Shown: positions 8,979-19,633 of the stretch, in pieces | How the letters are laid out: each line of letters opens with the position of its first letter | How positions within the stretch are numbered: the first letter of the stretch is position 1 | NCBI GenBank assembly: GCA_024626585.2 | Contig: JANKJI020000004.1 | Coordinates: 115,360,901-115,381,907 of the forward strand | Origin: Ginkgo biloba | Lineage: Eukaryota > Plantae > Ginkgophyta | DNA: 21,007 bases | Direction: 5' to 3' | The notes under the pieces: generated by a model | Databases searched by the model: none | What the model was told of the DNA's origin: nothing | What the model saw: only the letters and a program-made list of their open reading frames with translations | Translations under genes and position numbers: made by a program

Positions 8979-9474
8979 CCTTTAATAGTATCTAAGTTTC
9001 CTACGGGATTGGAAGAACTTGTGACATAATTAAGGGAATATATTTTAAGATGTAGGACAGAAAAAAACCATGTGGATTTTGCAGGGATAATTAGAATTAT
9101 TGGCATTAGGAATATGAATCTAGAAAAATTGCTCTCCAACAACATCTATTGGGATTTAAATTTTAAGAGAGCTTCATACAATGAAGATATTAAAGGGGAA
9201 TAAAAGGAAAATGGACTACAAGATGTTTAGTTAAAGATTCTTCATAGTTTGTTGCACTGCGATTACTAGGTGTCAAACTTAAGCCAAGGCCAATATATCA
9301 TGAGGAAGAGATTGAGTAACATTAATTCTCTTATCATTCTTGATAATATCAAAGAGAAGAAGCGATTAGATTCCATCTTATCTCAAAAAGTTATTTTTCC
9401 TGGTAGTAAAGTCATAGTCATGTCTTATGACTCAAATATCTTCAAATGCTGAAAAAACATATTAAAATATGATA
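8979..9474 (+). pseudogene. TIR-type NLR (disease-resistance) NB-ARC fragment, pseudogene
   Basis: One frame from 8979 reads PLIVSKFPTGLEELV (pre-NB linker), AGIIRIIGIRNMNLEKLLSNNI (destroyed P-loop, cf. VGIxGMGGxGKTTLAK), FKRASYNEDIKGE*KENGLQDV*LKIL (TIR-type RNBS-A), SLIILDNI (kinase-2) and PGSKVIVMSYD (RNBS-B, cf. GSRIIVTTRD). Five in-frame stops, no frameshift. Confidence 0.85.
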
Positions 9475-9840
9475 NNNNNNNNNNNNNNNNNNNNNNNNNN
9501 NNNNNNNNNNNNNNNNNNNNNNNNNNNNNNNNNNNNNNNNNNNNNNNNATAAGGTCACAAATGGGATGGAGATGAGAAAAATGCTCTGCTTTGAAGAGAG
9601 GGAAAAATTCTTCACAGAGGAGCATTTAATTTGTACATTGCCATAGTTAATAGATTTGATAGGATTTTAAAACCTTGTCCATGGCCACTACGAAGCCATT
9701 CAAATTTATGCAGGTTGGAAAATAAGCTTCTATACCCTTATTTCTCATATTAGGTCATAATTAGAGCATGATGGAACCCAAGAGAACTAACAAGTTTCTC
9801 CCAAAAGTGTACCATAAAGAGAGTCNNNNNNNNNNNNTTG

Positions 9841-10462
9841 CATGTTATTGCTTTAGATCTTGATAAGATTAATGATGTGACATATAATTTTGCCTCCACC
9901 ACCCTCATTGAGTATTTTATGCGGAGATATCCACCTAAACTTGTCCTCCAATAATGGATTAAAGATTCCTAGGAGGTCCATGTGTGGAAGGTAGTTTCTA
10001 TCTAATACCTCACCAAAGGGTTCTTTTCACTTACTTTTGATTCTATAGGGTCTACACACTAGGTGGTTCTTCAAGGCCCTTGGATATAAAGACGTAATTT
10101 GGTTGTTCTGAATCATTAGGTGGTTGATTTTTTTGTTGAAAATGTAGTCTCATATGCATTCCCTATTTGGTTTGAGTTTCTTGGACTCCCTCTCCTATTA
10201 GGAGAAATGGTCAGGGATATTGTTGCTCCCATTAGTAAATTTATTTGCCATGAATCCCATAGGATGTACAACCCNNNNNNNNNNNNNNCCCTCATCCTCA
10301 TAAAAGAGTCTGTGTAGGTAGAATTATCCAAAAGTATACCTTCATAAGTCATCTTGTCCTTTAGAAATAACAAGTAACTTCATCATCCCATTAGGTTACT
10401 TAAACATTCTCAATACCTACTTTTGCTACCAAAGTTCAAAGCATATGATCAAATACTGACCC
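9841..10462 (+). pseudogene. Plant LINE ORF1 (DUF4283-type RRM-like domain plus zinc knuckle), decayed
   Basis: LTKGFFSLTF, LQGPWI, FPIWFEFLGLPL, KRVCV*VELSKSIP, then after a frameshift NTYFCYQSSKHMIKY*P (eroded Cx2Cx4Hx4C at 10418-10462). Confidence 0.85.
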
Positions 10463-13400
10463 CTACTTTCCAAGTTTGGGCTGCAAACTCTAGACCCTAG
10501 TTTAATGATTGAATTCACTAAAAATAAAAGAAATAATGGTACCAAAGCCTCCTCGGATGTCTCTAAAGAGGATNNNNNNNNNNNNNNNNNNNNNNNNNNN
10601 NNNNNNNNNNNNNNNNNNNNNNNNNNNNNNNNNNNNNNNNNNNNNNNNNNNNNNNNNNNNNNNNNNNNNNNNNATTGATAGTGGATTTTCCCTTGATAAT
10701 GAAAATTGTCTCACGTGTCTCAAGATTCACGCTCAATCTAAGAAGGGGATCATTACTAATCCACACTCTTTGGGAGTGTTGGGAGACATGTTAGGATGGT
10801 TTTCTATGTATCCATTTATTTCCACAGATGTTCTCCTTTAAGATAGGGATTTACACTTGATTTGGGCATGCACATTGTGATGGGAAACCCTTCCTATTTA
10901 CTCCAAGATGCTCAAATGTGCCATACCATCCATAACACAGAGTAGGCGTAGGGTTGTCATGCAAGTTCTCTTTAAGCCTCTGCACCAAAATCATTGACTG
11001 CCCTACTCTTACCCATACCTCTATTTCTACCAATTGGTTCTAAGAAGGGATCCAAAAGGGTCATCAAGATTAGATCCAACTTGTACCTCATGAGCCATGC
11101 TCATTCTCTTTGGCCTTCAATTTCCTATGAATTTGGCATCCATCGTAGATTTGTGTGCATTTGCGCGGTTAGCCTCTACGATGCATCTCTAAGTTTAAAT
11201 GTAGGCCATACATGTGGAAAGATTATGAAATCATGGGGCTCATGCTCCTTTGGTGTGATTTTTCTCTTCTGTTTTATCCATGAACCCATAAACGGGTGTG
11301 GTTGGTCCATGTGTTGTTACTTCAAACCCCCAGGCCTTGTGCTACTTTGCACTATCGTCCCTTTTCTTGTTTTCTCACTATTTTCTCAAGAGGGATTAAG
11401 ATCTTGACAAGTGGTACTATACATACCCCATAACACTATGAGGGGAAGGAGCCCAAAAATTCTGAGACTTGGCACCATTGCCCACTTTTGTGGCTTGCGA
11501 CCCCTTCTAACACTCCAAATGGACCCCCAACTACTGGTGAGTGAAGATGATGCAAGATCACACCATGTGGTATGATCTCAAACTTCATAGGGCCATCATA
11601 AATTTCCACCTCCAAAATAACTTTTGAACTATGCTTATCAAAGGCACATTGGATGATGACACATGTCTTCATCTTAGGACCATCATATTTTTATGAAGTG
11701 CACTAAGTTATTCATCATTTCAAGGAGGGAGACCATGAGATCCTATAATGTGGAATGATCTTATAGAATTGGTCTTCGTGGCCCTTTCCACCAAGGTTCC
11801 TTTTCACCAAGTTTTGAACCTACACAAGAGCCTTGAGTGCATGATTGGGACAGGTGTCAGAATTTTCGAGCATATGGGATCATGGCCTTTTGGCCAAATT
11901 TTGTTTCATATCCCTTTTAAATGAGGGGATATATGAGATGGTGATAGGTTTCAACATCTCACAATTTTAGGGACCCATAACCTTTTAAAATGACTTGTGT
12001 TCTCACCTTTTCCTCTTAGGACCCTACGAGAGTGCGAGCACCTACAATTATGACACTTGGTAATATCTTAGAGTCCAAGAGACTTCACATAATTTCTCCC
12101 AAGTCTTTTTACACTGCTATAATAAGGGAAGGTGGGATGTGATTGAGCCACACGACATGATCACGTGAGCTCGAACCTTGGAACCTTATGGCATAATTTC
12201 CTTATCTTCTTAAACTGTCTGAGGAAGGACACCACATGATATAATCATGCATCACCATTGTGGACTCTAAACTAACCACTTCACCAAAAACCNNNNNNNN
12301 NNNNNNNNNNNNNNNNNNNNNNNNNNNNNNNNNNNNNNNNNNNNNNNNNNNNNNNNNNNNNNNNNNNNNNNNNNNNNNNNNNNNNNNNNNNNGATTAATT
12401 TAACTAAATTTTGTATAGAATCTTTAAGAAATATTTTTTAAGAACTATGTAATGTTCTCATTAGGTTCGTAATGGTGCTACAAGTTCCTTGGAATGAAAA
12501 CCCTATCTTATCTCTAACATGCAATACTTGAATATGCTACATACTAAAAAGCAATTGATTGATAATTTTGGCATCGCTAGAAGCTCCATAAAATTTAAAA
12601 CTTTATATAAAAGGCATGGACTTAGGAAACAAATGACATAGGATTANNNNNNNNNNNNNNNTTGGTATTTGAGAAGTGATATAGGAGAGAAAGCCTTTGT
12701 GGGAATTAGAATTTTAGGGAATTTTGACTATGCAAGGACTACACAAGGGTGGTAGGATGAGGAAGATTTAGAGAAAGTCTACCTCTTTCTTTACCATCTA
12801 CTGCAATCAATTGTGTCACTTTCATAATGGAATGTGAAATTAGAAAGGGATGGGTGGAATTAGAAAGAATTATGAATGATGATAGGAGAGAAGTGGATAG
12901 TAACACTCTTTTAACTAGTGATCCATTAGCCATGGAAAATCTACTTTAGACTTTGAAGGTAGGTGCATTGAGATGGATTGGTGGTGAAATGGTGTGCAAA
13001 GCCTCTTGGGTCAAAACATAGGCCCAAGCATCGAAGGATTTAAAGTAGGGAATTTTAGGAAAAGGATGAAGGGAGGGACCATAACACATATTCTCGATAT
13101 TGAAAACTTAAGATCCTTTTGTCTAGGGGAAATAATTGTTCTCCAGGTCATGGCATGTAATACCAGATGCCAGTTAGCATGCCATTCTCCTAAAATCAAC
13201 AATAATGATTGTTGGTGATAGTGGCATGAATATTTGTACCTCTTGTATCTTTTACAGGGAACTATGTTCCAAATGTCTTTCATTATTGTGATTTTATGTC
13301 TTCAACTATACTTATTCCCTGATCTAGTAAAATGTCCTATACCAGAATGAATCTAGACTCTATTTGTTGCTTCCTTGTATATGTCTCTTTGTATCATCTT

Positions 13401-13519
13401 CTTGTAAGAATAAAGAAATTATTTACATACTTATATTATCCTTATATTGAAAATGGACATGATTTGAATAATGCATTACTTACTGTACAATATTTATAAA
13501 TTTCATTTTCTTTGCATCA

Positions 13520-14412
13520 TATGTAAAATGTTTTAAATATTTCCCATATACTAGAGTAGGCTAGTTCCATCTTCTTATTTTATCTTGAAAGTGTTATTTC
13601 CAATTGACTCTATAATTTCATAAGGTCCAAGATTAAAGGGAATCAAGCTTATGACAAGCATTAGGCTTCTCTTTTGATTTATTCCACATTAAGACTCGAT
13701 CACCCATTTCAAATTCCTTCTTCGAAGCTTTCTTATAAAAAAATTACTTAATCTTTTCCTAGTTGTTTTAAGTAAACAAAATTGTTGTATGCCTTTTCTC
13801 CTCTATTTGTAGAAGGTCAAACAAGTGCCTTTCAATAGGATAATTAGTGAAATCTTTGCCATTTTCTTGAATAATCAACCTGAACACCAAAATTTAGAGG
13901 TTGACTGGTAAGATAAATTCTTTCCCATACAATATGGCATATAGGGAACATACAAGCTCATATTTTGGTGTAATTCTATCTACCCACAAAGCTAAACACA
14001 ACTTAATGTGCCTGTCCAATCAATTCTCTTTCACTATCCTCCAGAGAATTTTGATGAGATTCTTGTTGATTGATTTTACTAAACTATTACCTTGAGTATA
14101 ATAATTAGAGGATGGATCAACAATATCCCATAAGTTATATAAACTCAATCATATTGGCTGATATAAACATAGTTCCCTTATATAACACAATCTAGCTTAG
14201 AAATGTAAACCTCAATAGAATATTTTATTCTAAGAAGTGGACCACCTCATTTGAATAAGCCTTTTTTAAAGGAACGACCTCATCCCATTTAGTTAAATAA
14301 TCTATGGTTTCTAAGATGTACATTAGTCCCTTGCTTGAAGGTGGATTGATCAGACCTGTGAAATCCATATGCCATTGAGTAAATGGATCATCAACTGTGA
14401 TGGGTTGTAAAG
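13520..14412 (-). pseudogene. Ty3/gypsy integrase core plus GPY/F region, non-chromovirus Tat/Ogre-like, decayed
   Basis: LQPITVDDPFTQWHMDFTGLINPPSSKGLMYILETIDYLTKWDEVVPL (cf. PFxxWGLDFIG.INPPSS.GH.YIL.ATDYFTKWVEA.PL), SNYYTQGNSLVKSINKNLIKIL, FEMGDRVLMWN, GPYEIIE. Confidence 0.9.
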
Positions 14413-15472
14413 NNNNNNNNNNNNNNNNNNNNNNNNNNNNNNNNNNNNNNNNNNNNNNNNNNNNNNNNNNNNNNNNNNNNNNNNNNNNNNNNNNNNNNNN
14501 NNNNNNNNNNNNCCATGTGCATCTAGAGTCATTTAAAAGAACCACTCATTTAAGGAGAATTTCACTTCAATATACATAATAAATACAAATAAAATAAAAA
14601 TAAAAATAAAAAATCATGGCCATTAATTAGGCTTTAGTGTGAATGTGTGATTAATAAGCATTTTGAAAACACCATGGATGGTTTATTGAAATGGGTCGGT
14701 GGTTAAGAGTGTAGTAATATAAGTTTTATGGTTTTTTCAAACCAAAGATTTTAGCATCTTGAGAACAAAATAAATTGACATCTTTACCAAGGTATGACCC
14801 CATGCTTGACCACCAAATCTTAACATCATGATAACACACCCTTTAATCCACCCATTTGATCTGAATCCATTTTTCTTTATTTGATCTCGAGTCTACACCA
14901 CACTATGATGACTAGATGATTTAAATAAGGTCTCAAGGTCGATTTCATCTTTATTTTAAATAAAAAGTCAAATTAAATTTAAAAATTAAATTTGTTGGAA
15001 TAGATCTCTCCTGCCATATATCAGTAGGCGTGTGGTGGGGATTTCTTCATCCAACATCTTTTAGCACCGTTGTTAGGGATTGAACATTATGAGTTATTCG
15101 CAAGATGTTAAAATCAAGATTAAGTAAAGGCTAACTAATAAGTAGCTATCAAATAGCGCTGACATATTTTGGGGATTAACACATGATGGTTTATTCAAAA
15201 ACTCATTACATATGTTACATACGTGTAAGTGATAAAACACATAATGAATTGACTTTCCATTTTGGGAGGTGTACATAATGAAATTAATTGATCAAAACAC
15301 ACGTCATTCAAGTTTAAAAATAAAAATAAAAATAAGTGTAAATCATGTTGGCCTTAAAACCCTCTATTGCACGTAGGATCTCATTTAGGACCATGATTCC
15401 ATAGCATTAGGAAAAAATTCAACAAAATACAGAAAATAAAAAGTGAATTAGTGTTATAAGGTAACACCTTCC

Positions 15473-15587
15473 CTAGGGAGTAGCATCCACATGATAAAAA
15501 AAAGGCATTGAGAGAGAGGAGGTGCATTAGATATCATGTAGTGACCTACCCCCCATGCCCTATCATGTTGTCTCTCCTACTCCCTAG
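15473..15587. repeat. 115-bp foldback (MITE- or hairpin-RNA-like)
   Basis: Nested complementary blocks: CTAGGGAGTAG/CTACTCCCTAG, ACATGATA/TATCATGT, GGCAT/ATGCC, AGGT(G)CATTA/TAGTGACCT. Confidence 0.7.
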
Positions 15588-16602
15588 CTTGGCCACAAGC
15601 CCTTATTCTATTCCATCAATTAGTGTAATTTGTCAGATTTATAGTCGAGGGTTCTAGTTACATTCACCATATGGATTTAAACACATTATAAAAGAAAAAA
15701 TTTAAAAGAATTCAAGATGTTATTAATCAATTATCTTAGCATGACCCTTTTCTTGCAAGAATCAATAAAATTTATGTTTTCACCAGGACAATCCCTTCCT
15801 GAAAATAAAAACAATAAAAAATATATACTCAAAATTAAAATGAGTTCATTTAATTCCAAATGCAGACTAATTGTCACCCCTTTGAATGTGGGCCCAATCC
15901 TAGAAGTATAAATTCCACTACCTTCATTTGATGTTGCAACTGATTTCATTTGACATGTTAATAAATTTTTGGATTATTGCTTGGCCAACAACATCAGGAA
16001 TTCATATCACTTGATGATGCTTAATGATGTAGGAGCATCATGGTAGCACTTTGACAAAGTGCATAATTTTGCAAAGGGAAGCAAAGCCAACATATTGACA
16101 ACATATTTTGACAAGTCCACAAGCATTTTGTAGATGAGCATCATCAATCAAGTAAATTGACATCATCACTGCCATAAATTGTTGTGACTGACATCGTCAA
16201 AGAAGAGACATGAGGACTGCTATCATCAGATAGAATGTGACCAACACCGACATGCTCATAAACTCAAGGTTGCCTGAAATGATATAAAAGTATGGGCATG
16301 ATTGTTAAGGGAGAAAAGTTATGTCAATGATAAATGTCAGAGAGAAAGTATTAGTGACTCCGTCATATCACTCACCTGACCAAATTCAATGCACCAAAAG
16401 GACAGAGAAGGAGTCATGTAGGTGGTTGTTTCTTGCACCAAGAAGCATTAAACATTACATCTACCAAGTGACTGAGGAAGAAGAAGAGGCATGGTAGAGC
16501 ATGAATGGTGACAACTCTAGCAAAGCATTAAATCCTCACCAACTGAACCATTAGGTGAAGTAAATCTTCATGCATAAGAAATGGGAAAAATTGAGCATAA
16601 AA

Positions 16603-16610
16603 TATAAAAA
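16603..16610 (+). promoter_or_regulatory. Candidate LTR TATA box
   Basis: TATAAAAA about 580 bp into the LTR, followed by a purine run. Position is plausible for the U3 end; not verified. Confidence 0.4.
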
Positions 16611-16764
16611 GGAAGCAAGAGAGAGGGTTCTTTGGTTGTTGGTTGGTTTTGCAAGTTAGTGTGGATGAATTAGTTAATGAATATGTAGATTGAGTACATC
16701 ACAAGTGAGCAGCACTAAGTGGAGATAGATCATGGAATTTTGGTGTTCAAACACACCTGTAGAT

Positions 16765-17370
16765 CAAGTAGATTTTCCAAACTTGAGGAAACTCAATGAA
16801 TGCTGAAAAACTCATCAAACTTAAGGCAGTCGATAGTAGCGTTGATGAATATTTATAGAATATCGAGTAGATTCATCAAACTTGAGGCAACTCGAAGTGA
16901 AATTGTGAGCCAACATAATCATTGAACTTGAGGCAATCGATAAAGGTGATGATGAATTTACCCTCAATACCTAGTAGATTCACTAAACTTAAGGCAACCC
17001 AATAAATGCCTATAGAATTACAAAAATTGAGGCAGTTGACAGTGGTGTTGAGGTTTCCACCTAGAATACTGAGTAGATTCCCCAAACTTAAGGCAACTCA
17101 AAGTGAAAATCATAGGCTAATAGAATCATCAAACTTGAGGCAATCAGTAGGGGTATTGAGGATTCTACTAATATAATCGAGTAGAATCATCGATTGAGGA
17201 AACTTAGAGACAATCTCATAGAATCATCAATTGAGGCAATTAGTAGAATACTAATAGAACCATCGAGTGAGATTATTCTCAGTGACAACTAGAGAAAAGG
17301 CATTGAGGATTCTACTGACAAAAGAGCAAGTTGAGTAGAGTCAAGTAGAACCACCAATGGAGGTAACTTA
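16765..17370 (+). repeat. Degenerate tandem array inside the LTR with a 206-bp higher-order period
   Basis: Core (TAGA)WTCATCAAACTTRAGGCAA with cores at 16779, 16817, 16878, 16924, 16985, 17023, 17084, 17131, ~17190 and ~17227. Spacings are 38, 61, 46, 61, 38, 61, 47, ~59, ~37. Confidence 0.85.
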
Positions 17371-17865
17371 TGGCTCATGGATAGTGGTCCTATTTTTTTA
17401 TTTGATTTATGATAATCTATTATGATGCCCTATGANNNNNNNNNNNNNNNNNNNNNNNNNNNNNNNNNNNNNNNNNNGAGTTTTATTCCCCATTAGGGTT
17501 TCTCTAGTTACAAAGATTATGTCTTTTCTCTTGGTGTGATTAAATGACTTTGTCTTATGTCTACTTTATTTGTATTATATATATGTTAGTGTTGAGATCT
17601 TATTAGAGATATTTCTTTCACATGTGTGTCAATGATCTTAACTGATAGATAGATTATGGCATCCCAACATCGGGGTTCGCTGACACTATCAGCGGGTCTA
17701 TCATTGAAATCCTAGAAGGAAAGACTATATCAATGCCTATATACAGTGTCAGCATTAGTTTCACTATTGTCGATGAGCCAAGGATTTGATTCATAGACTT
17801 GTGTTAGTTCTACTATGATTGAAAAACATCAAAATACATCAATGAATGACTTGTCTTACGTTAGT

Positions 17866-17877
17866 TGGTATCAAAGC
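17866..17877 (+). other. Primer-binding site (tRNA-iMet)
   Basis: TGGTATCAAAGC, 11/12 to the canonical plant PBS TGGTATCAGAGC, located between the LTR end and the gag ATG. Confidence 0.85.
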
Positions 17878-17934
17878 ATAGTGGTGTATTGAGGAGATAA
17901 CTAGATTGCATTAGTTGGTGAATAAGAAATTAGG

Positions 17935-18920
17935 ATGGCACCTAGAGTAGATAGAACTCTCATTCAGGTGATAAATAATTTAGTGCAAAAGGTCAATGAC
18001 CTTGGAAGTGAATTGAAAAGACAAGGATTGACAGAGAGTGATGTTGAATCAAAACTTGAATATGAAGGACTAGAGCCACCTAGACCAAATGATGAGGACA
18101 TGTTACCCAGATTGTTAAAGAGCAACAGAGGTGGAGAAAAAGTGGAGGTACCAATCTTTGGTGTATGTATGAAGCCAGAAGACCTATTGGATTAGGTCAG
18201 CTCCTTGGAGAAGTATTTTAACTGGGAAGAAATAAAAGATCTTAAGAAGGTGAAGTTTGTGTGCACTAGACTAAAGGAACACACAACCATATGGTGGGAG
18301 AATTTATAAAAGAGAGAGTCTAGAAAATAAAAAAGAAAATTAGGACATGGAAAAAGATGGTGGAGAATCTGAAGGAAATTTTTTTACCCAGAGACTATTT
18401 AAGGAGTTTTAGAATTTGAGGCAGAGAGAGAAGAGTGTACCTGAGTACATCAACGAGTTCTTCAGATTATCAATCTATAAGGACCTTGAAGAATATAAAG
18501 AAAAACCAGTGGTTAAGTATGTCAATGGTTTGAATTATATTCTTCAAGATGAAATTATAATGCACCATATGAAGAATGTCGATGATGCCTATTAGCTAGC
18601 ATTAAAATCTAAGGATAAGTTGGTTAGAAACTTAAAGAAAATACCTTTTGTTAGAGGTGCAGTGACATATTATCAATGACATAAAAGAAGTGTCTAATAT
18701 TGGAATGATGAAGGTCATTTGAGGTATGAGAACACCCATAATTTTATTTCTGACATGTCTTTTCGACCAAGAGAAGAATTTGATGCCTATCATGCTAGTG
18801 TTTGGGGATGATTTTCCCATACCCATGGAAAAGGGTCAGATAGAGCACCACATGCACCTTGAAGATATATGACATGCTTTGGATGTGGGGAAGAAGGTCA
18901 TTGAGTATTTGAGTTCCCAA
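17935..18920 (+). pseudogene. gag with C-terminal zinc knuckle, decayed
   Basis: MAPR...KVEVPIFGVCMKPEDLLD*VSSLEKYFNWEEIKDLKKVKFVCTRLKEHTTIWWE..., and knuckle TCFGCGEEGH*VFEFP at ~18872-18919. Confidence 0.9.
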
Positions 18921-19036
18921 GGTAGAATGATGACAAATCATGACCAAAGGAATTTGGTGCTAATTTGGTTTGACAAGAAGTAGGGCCTAAGCTCACTTGG
19001 ATAGACTAAGTCTACAAAAAATAAAGAGGTGAACCA

Positions 19037-19470
19037 ATGAGTGCATCTCAAAGCAGTTTTGAATTATTGAAGAAGAGGATGACTAAAGCTCTAGTATTAT
19101 CACTTCTAGACTTCAACAAGGTTTGTGTGGTTGAATGTGATACATCAAGAGTCAATATTAGAGTAATACTTAGCCAAGAGAGTAGACCCATTGCATATTT
19201 CAACAAGAAGATAAATGAATCTAGGATGAAGTATTCTACATATGACATGGAATTTTATGCTATGGTGTAGACGATAAAATATTGGTGACATTATTTATTT
19301 CCCAAGGAATTTATACTATTCATGGACCATCAGGATTTAAAGTTTATAAATTCCCAAGGAAAATTGAGCATCTGACATGCAAAGTGGGTTAAATTCTTGC
19401 AAAGCTATTCTTTTGTGTTGAAACATAAGTCGGGGAAGACAAACCAAGTCGCAGATGCCTTAAGCTGGAG
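19037..19470 (+). pseudogene. RT connection / RNase H domain, decayed
   Basis: FELLKKRMTKALVLSLLDF, VECDTS, LSQESRPIAYFNKKIN, YSTYDMEFYAMV, HYLFPKEFILFMDHQDLKFI, HAKWVKFLQ, HKSGKTNQVADALS. Confidence 0.92.
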
Positions 19471-19633
19471 GACAATATTGTTGACCATCATGACGAATGA
19501 GGTTTTTGGTTTTGCTTCGGTGAAGGAGATGTATGCCACCGACGAAGAATTTCAACAAGTCTTCGGATACTTGCAGAACTTGACATCTGACAATGGAGAT
19601 CTTTTGGGGGAATATTTCCTGCAGGAAGGTTAG

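Larger units (their letters stand above)
16025..17863 (+). repeat. 5' LTR (~1.84 kb)
   Basis: Begins TGATGTA and ends TACGTTA (eroded TACATCA), 2 nt before the PBS. The start matches the 3' LTR start. Contains one N gap. Confidence 0.8.

Noticed and set aside
10674-12290. ORFs of 137 aa (+) and 78/60 aa (-) and TE-like sequence
   Set aside because: No domain motif recognisable in any frame. Probably repeat-derived but cannot be classified.
12739-13283. Short ORFs downstream of the Tat-like integrase as an extra ORF
   Set aside because: No motif support and frames are short on both strands.
14581-15335. (AAAAAT)n runs at ~14590 and ~15316
   Set aside because: Ordinary low-complexity A-rich sequence.
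16765-17370. CRISPR-like appearance (conserved cores separated by variable spacers)
   Set aside because: The cores are degenerate, the spacers are homologous to each other at a 206-bp period, there are no cas genes, and the array sits inside a plant LTR.
2490-19470. Idea that the PR-RT remnant at 2-3 kb complements the RT-less chromovirus as a bipartite system
   Set aside because: Both are full of stops, their gag sequences differ, and they are ~15 kb apart across many gaps. Co-occurrence is expected in TE-dense DNA.
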